45,395 bases of DNA, taken from the NCBI GenBank assembly GCA_038227875.1, contig JBBRPR010000063.1, positions 1 through 45,395 of the forward strand, written 5' to 3'. Positions within the stretch are counted from its first letter, which is position 1. The number at the start of each line of letters is the position of its first letter. The notes under the pieces were generated by a model. That model was given only the letters and a program-made list of their open reading frames with translations. It was not told the DNA's origin and did not search any database. This document shows positions 18,048 through 26,677 of this stretch, one piece after another. Source of the DNA: Planctomycetota bacterium (GTDB taxonomy: Bacteria; Planctomycetota; SZUA-567; H5-PLA8). A program made the translations under genes and the position numbers.

Positions 18048-18911
18048 ATGAATGCGCCGACTCACACCCCTCCCATCGCCCCGCCCACGCCCGACATGCG
18101 CGCCAAGCTCGAGCATCTGAAGGATTGCCTGCGCGGATACGGCAGCGTGATCGTGGCGTACTCCGGCGGCGTCGATTCGACGTTCCTCGCCGCCATCGCC
18201 GGACAGGTGTTGAAAGACCGCGCCGTCGCCGTGACCGCGAATTCCGAATCGCTGGCGCCGGAAGAATTGGATGAAGCCGTCGCCATCGCCGAGCGCTTCA
18301 AGTTCGCGCACACCGTCGTCCGCACCGACGAACTGCAGGACGAAAACTACGCGTCGAATCCGCAGAACCGTTGCTTCTTCTGCAAAAAAGAATTGATGAC
18401 CAAGCTCGTCGAAATCGCCGCGCAGCGCAGCATCGCCACCATCGCGCTCGGCGCCACCATGGACGACCTCGGCGACATCCGCCCCGGCGAAAATGCCGCG
18501 AAGGACCGCGGCGCGGTCTTCCCGCTGCGCGAAGCGAAACTCCACAAAAACGAAATCCGCGCGCTCTCGCACGAACTGGGTCTGCCCACCTGGGACAAAC
18601 CCGGGGCCGCGTGTCTCTCCAGCCGCATTCCGTTCGGCGAACGCGTCACCGCCGAAAAGCTCGCGCAGATCGCGCGCGCCGAACAACTCCTCCACGCCGC
18701 CGGTTTCCGCGAATGCCGCCTCCGCCACCACGGCCCCGTCGCCCGCATCGAAATCCCGCCCGGCCAGATCGCCGAATTCATGACCAAGTCCGCCGAACTC
18801 ACCGCCGCGATCAAAGCCCTCGGCTTCGTCTACGTCACACTCGATCTGCAAGGACTGCGCTCGGGGTCCTTGCACGAGGTCGCGCGCCAATCGGAAAAAG
18901 ACGTTTCTTAA
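18048..18911 (+). CDS. larE: LarE-family ATP-dependent sulfur transferase (PP-loop)
   Basis: PP-loop 'VAYSGGVDST', 'NPQNRCFFCK', 'DDLGDIRPG', 'WDKPGAACLSSRIPFG', 'RLRHHG', 'VTLDLQGLRSGS'. Confidence 0.92.
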   Translation: MNAPTHTPPIAPPTPDMRAKLEHLKDCLRGYGSVIVAYSGGVDSTFLAAIAGQVLKDRAVAVTANSESLAPEELDEAVAIAERFKFAHTVVRTDELQDENYASNPQNRCFFCKKELMTKLVEIAAQRSIATIALGATMDDLGDIRPGENAAKDRGAVFPLREAKLHKNEIRALSHELGLPTWDKPGAACLSSRIPFGERVTAEKLAQIARAEQLLHAAGFRECRLRHHGPVARIEIPPGQIAEFMTKSAELTAAIKALGFVYVTLDLQGLRSGSLHEVARQSEKDVS

Positions 18912-19077
18912 ATCTCACGCAAAGCCGCAAAGCCGCAAAGAACGGCAACTGCAAACTGCCGGTGTCTGAATTGGGGGCTTGGAAAATCGTAGGTCAATCT
19001 CCGGATCTAAATCCCATCCAATCCGTTCGTTTTTGTTCTTTGCTGTTCTTTGCGTCTTTGCGGCTTTGCGCGAGATT
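18911..19077. repeat. 167-bp element bounded by 38-bp inverted arms made of CGCAAAG(C/A) octamers
   Basis: AATCTCACGCAAAGCCGCAAAGCCGCAAAGAACGGCAA (18911-18948) versus TTGCTGTTCTTTGCGTCTTTGCGGCTTTGCGCGAGATT (19040-19077), 3 mismatches. Confidence 0.85.
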
Positions 19078-19091
19078 AAAAGGAGCCCCGA

Positions 19092-20042
19092 ATGACCGTC
19101 GACGACATCCACCGCATCACCGTCATCGGCGCCGGGTTGATGGGCCATGGCATCGCCATCGACTTCGCGCGCGCCGGCTTTGAAGTCGCACTCTACGACC
19201 AGACCGACGCGAAAATCCTCGACGGTGAACGGAACATCGTCGCCAGCCTCCACCGCATGCAGCGCCTGGGCCTGATCGACGCGGCCGGCGTCAACGCCGT
19301 GCCCGCGCGCATCACGCTCACCACCGATTTGAAAGCGGCCGCCGGTTCGGCCGATTTCGTGATTGAATCGGTCGTCGAAAACATCGCCATCAAGCACACG
19401 ATTTTTTCGGAACTCCATCGCCTCTGCCCCGCCCACACGATTCTCGCCAGCAACACTTCGACGTTCAAACCCAGCAAGCTCGCCGCGGTGACGCGCCGGC
19501 CGGAAAAAGTGCTGGTGACGCATTACTTCAATCCGCCGTATCTGCTGCCGCTGGTCGAAATTGTCCGCAGCGACAAGACCTCCGACGAGACCATCGCCAT
19601 CGCGCATGCGCTGATGTTGAAGGCCGGCAAGCAGCCCGCGATCGTGCAGAAGGAAGTCACCGGCTTCATCGGCAACCGCCTCCAGATTGCGGTGCTGCGC
19701 GAAGCACTCTCGCTGGTCGAACAGGGCGTCGCCACGCCGCAGGATATCGACATCGTGATGAAGAACAGCATCGGCCGCCGATGGGCTTTCGCCGGCGTTT
19801 TTGAAGTCTTCGAAATCGCCGGCTGGGACCTGCTGCTCGACATCTGCCAGCAGATCCAACCCGACCTCGAACAATCCCGCGAACCGGCCGCCGCCTTGAA
19901 AGCCAAAGTCAAACTCGGCGAACTCGGCACCAAATCCGGAAAAGGCTTTTACGACTGGACCCCGGAAACCACCGAAGCGCTGAAGACCCGCATCGCCGAA
20001 GGCCTGGCGAAAGTCGCGGCGCAGAAGCCAGCGGATTTTTGA
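19092..20042 (+). CDS. 3-hydroxyacyl-CoA dehydrogenase family protein
   Basis: Rossmann 'VIGAGLMGHGIA', 'VIESVVEN', 'ILASNTS', 'THYFNPPYLLPLVE', 'GFIGNRLQ', 'GELGTKSGKGFY'. AGGAG RBS. Confidence 0.92.
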   Translation: MTVDDIHRITVIGAGLMGHGIAIDFARAGFEVALYDQTDAKILDGERNIVASLHRMQRLGLIDAAGVNAVPARITLTTDLKAAAGSADFVIESVVENIAIKHTIFSELHRLCPAHTILASNTSTFKPSKLAAVTRRPEKVLVTHYFNPPYLLPLVEIVRSDKTSDETIAIAHALMLKAGKQPAIVQKEVTGFIGNRLQIAVLREALSLVEQGVATPQDIDIVMKNSIGRRWAFAGVFEVFEIAGWDLLLDICQQIQPDLEQSREPAAALKAKVKLGELGTKSGKGFYDWTPETTEALKTRIAEGLAKVAAQKPADF

Positions 20043-20057
20043 GAACGGCACGAACAA

Positions 20058-20241
20058 ATGGGATCGGGGATCAGGCATCGGGCATCGGTCGTTTTGTAAA
20101 TGCTGCTTAAGATCAAGAGCTCAGTTGTGTCGGGGCCGGTGCACGAAGAAAAACCGGCGCGACCGCGGCGGAGCTACCAAGAGTCTGCCGATTCCGCCAA
20201 CGACCGATGCCTGATGCCCGATCCCCGATCCCCGATCCCAT
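20058..20241. repeat. Element bounded by inverted arms made of G(G/C)ATC(G/A)G heptamers
   Basis: ATGGGATCGGGGATCAGGCATCGGGCATCGGTCGTT ... AACGACCGATGCCTGATGCCCGATCCCCGATCCCCGATCCCAT. Confidence 0.85.
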
Positions 20242-20294
20242 CCGTTCGTTAGCGGCTTTGCGTGAGACTATCAGTGCCGCTATAATCGCAAATC

Positions 20295-21284
20295 ATGTCA
20301 GACGCCGTACCTCTAGATCCGAGCCAATCCAATACCGCCCCGGGCAATGCTGTACCTCCGCCCGGGCAGGCCTATTCTCCGCCACCACCGTCATCGCCGC
20401 CGCCGTCACTGAAACCCGAACCGCCCCCACAACAGCCGCCGCGACCGCCGGCCACCAACATCCTCTCGCGCATGCGTGAAAATCCGGACCAGGAAGGGCC
20501 GCGCATGTCGTTCCTCGATCACTTGATGGAACTGCGCCGGCGCATCTGGATTTCCGTCGTCTCGATCACCGCCTGCATGCTGATGGCGATCTTTTTCTTC
20601 GTGCCGCTGGTCGACATCATGCGCGCGCCGATGGAAAAACTGAACCGCGTCTACATGGACCGCCCCGATTACCAGGAGATCCTCAAGCGCGTCGGCCTGC
20701 CGCCCAACACCCCCGGCCTGATCGACCTGACCACGCTCACGCCGCTGGAATCGACGATGACGATCATGTGGATCGGCATCTACGCCGGCCTGGCCTTCAG
20801 CGCGCCGATCATCGCCTATCAGATCTGGCTTTTCGTTTCGCCGGGCTTGAAGGAACGCGAACGCAAGGCCGTGCAGCCGATCCTCTACGGCGGAATTATT
20901 TTCTTCATCGTCGGCGTGCTGATCACCTACTACCTGCTCTTCCCGGTGACCCTGGAGTTCGTTGTCTGGTTGGATGTCTTGTTGAAGCTGAAGATCCAGT
21001 ACAATTTCGACAGCTACATGTCGCTGCTGTTGAACATGATGTGGGTCAGCGGCCTGGCCTGCGAAACGCCGGTGATCATCGGCATCCTCGCCAAACTCGG
21101 CGTCGTCCGCCCCGACCATCTCACGCGTTACTGGCGCTGGTGCGTGCTGCTCTCGTTCGTGCTCGGCGCGGTTTTCTCGCCCGGCGCGGATATGATGTCG
21201 ATGCTCGTCTTCAGTCTGCTCTACCTGGGTCTGTACGTGGCGTCGGTGGTGATGGCCTTTCTCTTTTACAAAAAGAGGGCGTAA
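20295..21284 (+). CDS. tatC: Twin-arginine translocase subunit TatC with Pro-rich N-terminal extension
   Basis: 'MSFLDHLMELRRRI', 'PIIAYQIWLFVSPGLKERER', 'GLACETPV', 'FSPGADMMSM'. About six TM helices. Confidence 0.92.
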   Translation: MSDAVPLDPSQSNTAPGNAVPPPGQAYSPPPPSSPPPSLKPEPPPQQPPRPPATNILSRMRENPDQEGPRMSFLDHLMELRRRIWISVVSITACMLMAIFFFVPLVDIMRAPMEKLNRVYMDRPDYQEILKRVGLPPNTPGLIDLTTLTPLESTMTIMWIGIYAGLAFSAPIIAYQIWLFVSPGLKERERKAVQPILYGGIIFFIVGVLITYYLLFPVTLEFVVWLDVLLKLKIQYNFDSYMSLLLNMMWVSGLACETPVIIGILAKLGVVRPDHLTRYWRWCVLLSFVLGAVFSPGADMMSMLVFSLLYLGLYVASVVMAFLFYKKRA

Positions 21285-21290
21285 ACCCAG

Positions 21291-23984
21291 ATGATTCGTG
21301 GCGTCCGCAAACCCGATGAAATTGCCGGCCTGGGCTTAAGCCACCGGTTGACCGCGCGCATCGGCGCGCTGCTCAAAAAGAACACCGCCATCAGCGTCGC
21401 GGTCCTGGAATCCGCGCGCCCCGCCACCGCGCTGGAAACGCTGCTGCTTTCGCCGGCGCTGCTGGAACACGGCGGCACGCTGACCACTGAAGCGCTGCTG
21501 AAATTCAGCGGCGAACACGCGGACGGCACGCTCCAGATTCCGCCGCTGGCGATCCAGAACGCCGACGACGACTTCCACGTCATCTGCCTGCAGGATGAAC
21601 TCGACGCCGCCGACGGCTGGGGCGAAGCCGTCGCCGCTGCCGCAGCGACACCGCCAGAAGCGCAAAACACCGCGCGAGTCGCCCCGCAGAGCACCGCGCT
21701 GGCGCATCCGCCGCAACAGAACGAAGGAATCTTTTCGCGCAACGAAATGGACCGGTGGCGCTTGAAGCTCGCCACCTCCGGCTCCGCATCCGATCGCGTG
21801 GAAGTGCTCCGCGCCCTCCTGCTCGGTCCGTTGGAGCCGGCCGAAAAACTCGATGTGCTCCTGCAGGGACTCTCCGACAAGGACCCGTCCGTGCGCGCCG
21901 AAGCCGCCGGGTTGCTGCCCAACATCGGCATCAGCCGCGACATCGCCGACGCGCTGGCCGGCATCAACGACGCCAATCCCGAACGCCGTCTGGCCGCGAT
22001 GGAACGCCTGCGCAAACTCGTCTCCGAATCCACGCCCGACGCCGAAGTCGGCTGCGTCGCCGCGTGCGCCATCGCCGCGCTGAAAATCGGCTTCGATCCC
22101 GCGCTGAAAGGTTCGCTGCTGGAACTGCTCGCCTCCTGCGCCAAAGCCGTGGGCCGTAAATCCTCGCGCCTGGCCGAAGTGATGCGCGTCGTCGCCACGC
22201 TCATCGGCGAAGCCGCCAAGCACGGCGCGTCCTCGCGGCAGGTCGACGACACACTCATGTCCGCGCACCGCCTCATCCGAGCTCTCATGGTCGCGGTGCC
22301 CGAAGCGCTGCAGCCGATTTTAAAATCCGAACGCGAACGCTGCGCCGATCCCGTCACCGAATCGTTCCTGTTGCAACACCTGCTCGACCTCTCGCAGCCC
22401 AACAGCCCCGACGAACCGGAATTGGTCCGCATCGCCGTCGGCTTCCTCTCGCGCGACACCGACGAAGGCCGCGACTCGCGCGCCATCGGCAACCGTCTCG
22501 CGCGCCGCGGCGAAATCGCCATCAAGCCGCTCTGCGACGCCTTCCCCACCGCCACCGGCGGCGCGCAAAAATACACCTTCCTGCTCTTCGACGAAATCTG
22601 GCGCCGCGGAACCATTCCGGCCGAAGGCCTGGAGCTCGCCGCCAACATGGTCCTCTCCACGCTCGCCTCCGGCGGCCGCGGACTGCGCATGGCCGCGATG
22701 CAATCGCGCTTCGTCGCCGATCCGAACATCACCGACGCCACGCGCGAACGCCTCGCCGAAGCCTATCTGACCTCGATCGAAGATTTCGCCTTCCCGCTCG
22801 ACATCGAAAACGTTGAGATCACCATCTCGCGCATGGGCTTGCCCGCGCTCCAGCCGCTGATGGTGCGCCTGGGGATCGAACGCGCGCCGATCGAACGCGT
22901 CCGCGCCGCGCGCTTACTCGGCGACCTGGCGCTCAATATGAAAGCGCCCAAGGGCCAGATGCTGAAAGTGCAGCAGGCCGTCGACAGCATTCTGCGCCGC
23001 CTGGAAGCGATGACGCTGGAGAAAGATTTCGGCGACCGCGGCGAACTGCTCCGCGCGCTGGGCAAGCTGACCTCCAGCCCCGCCGCGTCGAAGCAGGCCG
23101 ACGCCGTGATCGTCCGCACGCTGATGGACGCCGCCGTGAGCAAGGATCCGAAAATCGCGCCGCTGGCACTGGAAGGCCTGACCTTCGCCGCCTCCTCGCG
23201 CCGCGCCACCGCCGAACTGGTCTCGCGCGTCGCCACGTTGCTGGTTCAGTTGCTCGAAGAACTGGTCCTCGACATCGAAACCAGCACCTCGCTGGTCAAC
23301 GGCGAGACGGTGATCGAAATCAGCGGTGGCGAAAAGTACACCACGATCCTGCCCATCATCATTAAAGGCATGAGCCGCCTGGCCAGTTCCAGCAGTTGTC
23401 CGCCGCAGGTGCTGCGCGACCTGGGTAAAGTGCTGCTGGCGCGCTGGACCAGCATCTGCATGGGCAAGCTGGTCTGGGGCCCCGGCAACACCACGCTGCT
23501 GATCGAAGCGTTGCGCGACGTCGCCAGCCAGAAGGCAGTCTCCGCCGAACTGCGCATGGAAATTTTAAAAGGCTTCGCCCCGCGCCACGTTCAAACGCCG
23601 ATCATGCACGCCGTCACCGAAATCCTGGCCGCCGCCGACAACGAAACGACGGCCGTCGGCGCGCTGACGATTGGACACGCGATCCTCGGCCGCCGTGGCC
23701 GCGACGGAAAGTTCCAGACCGAAGACCGCGACGAAATCCTGAAAGCCCTGACCCGCATCGCCAGCCGCAAGATGCTCGGCGCGAGCACCTTCGAAGCCGT
23801 CGAAAAAGCGACCGCTTTCCGCAAACTGATCGTCGACGAACTCTTCAAAGCCGTCAAAGATTCCGTCCCCAACATGTACGACCAACTGGTGAGAATGCGC
23901 GACAACCCCAGCGTCCCCCCCGACCTGCGCAAAGACATCGACCGCCAGTTAAAGGCCTACCACCAGATGGACACCAAGCGCTAA
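21291..23984 (+). CDS. Large alpha-solenoid (HEAT/ARM-repeat-like) hypothetical protein
   Basis: 897-aa Leu/Ala-rich helical sequence with HEAT-like segments 'LLQGLSDKDPSVRAEAAGLL' and 'ERVRAARLLGDL'. Host-like codon usage. Starts 6 bp after tatC. Confidence 0.7.
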   Translation: MIRGVRKPDEIAGLGLSHRLTARIGALLKKNTAISVAVLESARPATALETLLLSPALLEHGGTLTTEALLKFSGEHADGTLQIPPLAIQNADDDFHVICLQDELDAADGWGEAVAAAAATPPEAQNTARVAPQSTALAHPPQQNEGIFSRNEMDRWRLKLATSGSASDRVEVLRALLLGPLEPAEKLDVLLQGLSDKDPSVRAEAAGLLPNIGISRDIADALAGINDANPERRLAAMERLRKLVSESTPDAEVGCVAACAIAALKIGFDPALKGSLLELLASCAKAVGRKSSRLAEVMRVVATLIGEAAKHGASSRQVDDTLMSAHRLIRALMVAVPEALQPILKSERERCADPVTESFLLQHLLDLSQPNSPDEPELVRIAVGFLSRDTDEGRDSRAIGNRLARRGEIAIKPLCDAFPTATGGAQKYTFLLFDEIWRRGTIPAEGLELAANMVLSTLASGGRGLRMAAMQSRFVADPNITDATRERLAEAYLTSIEDFAFPLDIENVEITISRMGLPALQPLMVRLGIERAPIERVRAARLLGDLALNMKAPKGQMLKVQQAVDSILRRLEAMTLEKDFGDRGELLRALGKLTSSPAASKQADAVIVRTLMDAAVSKDPKIAPLALEGLTFAASSRRATAELVSRVATLLVQLLEELVLDIETSTSLVNGETVIEISGGEKYTTILPIIIKGMSRLASSSSCPPQVLRDLGKVLLARWTSICMGKLVWGPGNTTLLIEALRDVASQKAVSAELRMEILKGFAPRHVQTPIMHAVTEILAAADNETTAVGALTIGHAILGRRGRDGKFQTEDRDEILKALTRIASRKMLGASTFEAVEKATAFRKLIVDELFKAVKDSVPNMYDQLVRMRDNPSVPPDLRKDIDRQLKAYHQMDTKR

Positions 23985-24001
23985 CTGGTGCCATGGATGC
24001 G

Positions 24002-24621
24002 CAGTCGCTTGAGCGTAGCGAAAGCGACTGTTCATCCGTGCGTAGCGCAACCCCATTTCGTAAGTCCCACGCAAAGATGCGCGCATACTTTTCCTACGCT
24101 CAATCATCCCTCAGCTTGCGCCCAATTCCCACGCCCGGGTGCCACCCGCCTCGCCGTTGAGAAGGGTGCGAGATGGACACCGAGTTTGCAATTTGGACCC
24201 TCGCGTCCCACGTGCAAATTGAGCGCGGAGTGTGCCACTGGTGGCTAGCCGTTAAGCCACCAGTGCGACCTCGCGAAAAACACCGCGCCGTCTGATGCGC
24301 CTAACTCGCGCGAGTAGCAGTGGTAATCGCAGTTGCAGTTACAGTTCAAGCCGTTGCTTGCCCCCACTTTCAAGTGGGGGTGCCAATCATTTGACGTCCA
24401 ACCAGCCGGCTTCAGCCGGCTTTCCGGCAGTTGCTGAAGCGCACTCGATTCGAAGTGAGCATAATTGTGCGCCGACGTCTCGCAGCCACGCTCCGTAAAT
24501 GATGAGTGAAAAATGGCCGATGACCGATGACGCCGTTCCAGGGCCAACGGCCCGCCGCTATACCAGCCCAGGGCAACGCCCTGGGACCGATCCCACCGCC
24601 CTCGCCAAGGGCTGAAAGCCC
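24002..24621. repeat. Cluster of distinct REP-like palindromes between convergent genes
   Basis: CAGTCGCTT..AAGCGACTG (24002-24030); CCCCCACTT-TC-AAGTGGGGG (24361-24380); AGCCGGCT-TC-AGCCGGCT (24404-24421); GGGCCAACGGCCC, CCCAGGGCAACGCCCTGGG and GGGCTGAAAGCCC (24541-24621). Confidence 0.75.
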
Positions 24622-24641
24622 GAACTATCGCGAAACCGCCC

Positions 24642-25736
24642 TCATTGCTTCGGGACCCACGACTGGCTTATCGGTCCTTCGGCTGCTTCGCCATTTGTCT
24701 TTTTGAGATAGACATTGCCATTATTCACAATGTCGTTCTTCCGGTAGCCGTTGACGTTTCCAGCCTCTGTTTTGGTCTGCTCTTCCTTCGCCTGCTCGGC
24801 GGCCTTCACCAAATCCACGCAGGCTTGCACATCGGCAGGCTTGGTGTGGATCTCTTCTTTGTTCGCCAAGGCCTTTCGCTGCGCAAGGTCGCCTTCCAAT
24901 GCGACAGTATTGAACAACGTCTCACCGTAGAGGTTGAATATCTTGGTATGAGCGAACGTGCGGATTTCACGAATCTTACCGTCCACCGCGTAAGCCAACC
25001 CGACCGGCGCGGCATTGTCCTTGTTAAGTTGCGCAAACTTTTCGGTGACCGCAACACGAATTTTCTCGCGACGCTTTTTCGCGTCAACGTTGCCATCGTC
25101 CACCGTTGCCATCAAGGTGCCAGTAGACGGTGCATTGCCAGCCGTCGAATTGCTCAACTCGACGTTCGCCCATACATCCTGCTGGCTCTTGAGATATTGC
25201 CCACTGGTCCGGACTTCCTGGTTGGCGAGAATCGACTGCGCTTGAAACTCTCCTTTAGTCTCTTTGCCGTCGCGATTGGCAACCCAGCGACCGTGTTCGA
25301 CGCAATAGGCATCGACAGGCACGGTCTGGCCAGGCGGGATGATGAAATCCTGCGCAATTTGACGGTCCTGTTGGCCGCCCTTCACCAGGGTTCCGGCAAG
25401 TACGAAGATGGCCTTGTCACCCTTATTCTCGATGACCAGACGATTGACTTCCCCACCACCCTGCTCCTCCACCGTATTTGCGTTCTGAATTCTGGCGGAA
25501 CCCGTTTCACGGACAACGGACTGACTTTTTTCCTGTGCCTGCGAGAGAGTGATAAAATCGCCAATGGCTTCCTGCGGCTTTGAATTGAACACCGGCCAAA
25601 CCGTGACATTGTCAACGACGACAGGCCTTCCCAGGTTTAAACCGTCGCCTAACTGCGCAATCGCTTCCTCCGCGCTGCGGGTTTCAACGCAGAGCAATGC
25701 CAGTATTGTAAGAACGACACTCAATCGAATTCGCAT
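24642..25736 (-). CDS. Exported ARPP-1 (DUF6569)-like domain protein
   Basis: Signal peptide. 'NVTVWPVF', 'VNRLVIENKGDKAIFVLAGTLVKGGQQDRQI', 'VDAYCVEHGRW', 'QQDVW', 'VGLAYAVDGKI'. GGAGG RBS. Confidence 0.75.
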   Translation of the reverse strand: MRIRLSVVLTILALLCVETRSAEEAIAQLGDGLNLGRPVVVDNVTVWPVFNSKPQEAIGDFITLSQAQEKSQSVVRETGSARIQNANTVEEQGGGEVNRLVIENKGDKAIFVLAGTLVKGGQQDRQIAQDFIIPPGQTVPVDAYCVEHGRWVANRDGKETKGEFQAQSILANQEVRTSGQYLKSQQDVWANVELSNSTAGNAPSTGTLMATVDDGNVDAKKRREKIRVAVTEKFAQLNKDNAAPVGLAYAVDGKIREIRTFAHTKIFNLYGETLFNTVALEGDLAQRKALANKEEIHTKPADVQACVDLVKAAEQAKEEQTKTEAGNVNGYRKNDIVNNGNVYLKKTNGEAAEGPISQSWVPKQ

Positions 25737-25980
25737 ACGTGCCTCCTATCGAGTCCAATTTTCTTACCGATAATTAAACGCGCCAAACTGTAGACCAGTT
25801 ACAACAATCTCAGTCAAACACGAATGCACACATGAAAACATATCTGCACCTGTTTTCTAATTGCGGCGCGCCTACACACATGCGATCCCGGACCGACCGG
25901 ATCGCGGCCCCGAAAGAGTAGCGGCACTAGAATGCGCGCATCCCAACAGCGTACTTTTGCACTGTGCAGTTCCACCACAC

Positions 25981-26045
25981 GCACTGCTGTACATCATGTA
26001 TTATAAAATCTTTTTTACTAAATTTAAAGAAAACACTTGATTTTT
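25981..26045. repeat. AT-rich 65-bp direct repeat, copy 1
   Basis: GCACTGCTGTACATCATGTATTATAAAATCTTTTTTACTAAATTTAAAGAAAACACTTGATTTTT. 61/65 identical to 26329-26393. Confidence 0.9.
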
Positions 26046-26114
26046 GCGTTTCTCGACCGCATAGATACTATAGAGAAATCCTCGATTGCTAGGTCCCCAA
26101 TGCCACAAGCCCTT

Positions 26115-26155
26115 CTTAGCGAACTTTGCGGCTTTGCGTCTTTGCGAGTGAAAAC
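26115..26155. repeat. Solo right arm of the CGCAAAG octamer element
   Basis: CTTAGCGAACTTTGCGGCTTTGCGTCTTTGCGAGTGAAAA, the same unit as 19040-19077. A shorter remnant lies at ~20248-20268. Confidence 0.7.
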
Positions 26156-26328
26156 CAAAAACCCGTGCATGCGCCCACAAGCCCTGCAGCCCTTCCAGGA
26201 ATGCCCAAAAAAACGCGTCCCAGCGCCCTCTAAACGCCTCAACGCCCCAAACCCAATCAAGGAGTCAATCGCAGCCACCGAATCACCCACAACCCCACAG
26301 AACGCAAGGAATCAAACCACCGTCCCGT

Positions 26329-26393
26329 GCACTGCTGCACTTCATGTATTATAAAATCTTTTTTACTAAATTAAAAGAAAACACTTGACTTTT
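26329..26393. repeat. AT-rich 65-bp direct repeat, copy 2
   Basis: GCACTGCTGCACTTCATGTATTATAAAATCTTTTTTACTAAATTAAAAGAAAACACTTGACTTTT, 348 bp downstream of copy 1. Confidence 0.9.
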
Positions 26394-26584
26394 AGGTTCG
26401 AAGGTTGCTTAATACACTATAGAAATGCGCGGTGCCTTATCGAGTGCTATGCCGCCGCTGTTACCGACCACTTTTCGCCGGACTGACCTTGAGGCTTCAA
26501 CAGATGCGGCTCTCAACCAATTCCACAACTCCGAAGCGCGCCCAAAACGCACCTCGGGCACCTATAAAGGAGACCCCGATCGAT

Positions 26585-26611
26585 GTAACATTTGGTAACA
26601 TTCCGTAACAT
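26585..26611. promoter_or_regulatory. Three phased GTAACAT direct repeats (10-bp period), putative transcription-factor site
   Basis: GTAACAT-TTG-GTAACAT-TCC-GTAACAT, ending ~65 bp upstream of the GTG at 26678. Confidence 0.6.
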
Positions 26612-26677
26612 CGCCGCCCGCACCAATCTCATCCCGTTTTCGCGAAGGATCGCACCGCCTCGAAGCCTCTAACCACT

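Noticed and set aside
23988..24547. Small ORFs in the REP cluster, and similar ones at 1954-2332 and 26024-26354
   Set aside because: They translate through palindromes and repeats, with no RBS, codon bias or motifs.
25981..26393. AT-rich repeats as a CRISPR array, dif site or oriC
   Set aside because: Only two copies with a 283-bp gap, no good XerC/XerD arm match, no cluster of DnaA boxes seen, and no dnaA/dnaN context.
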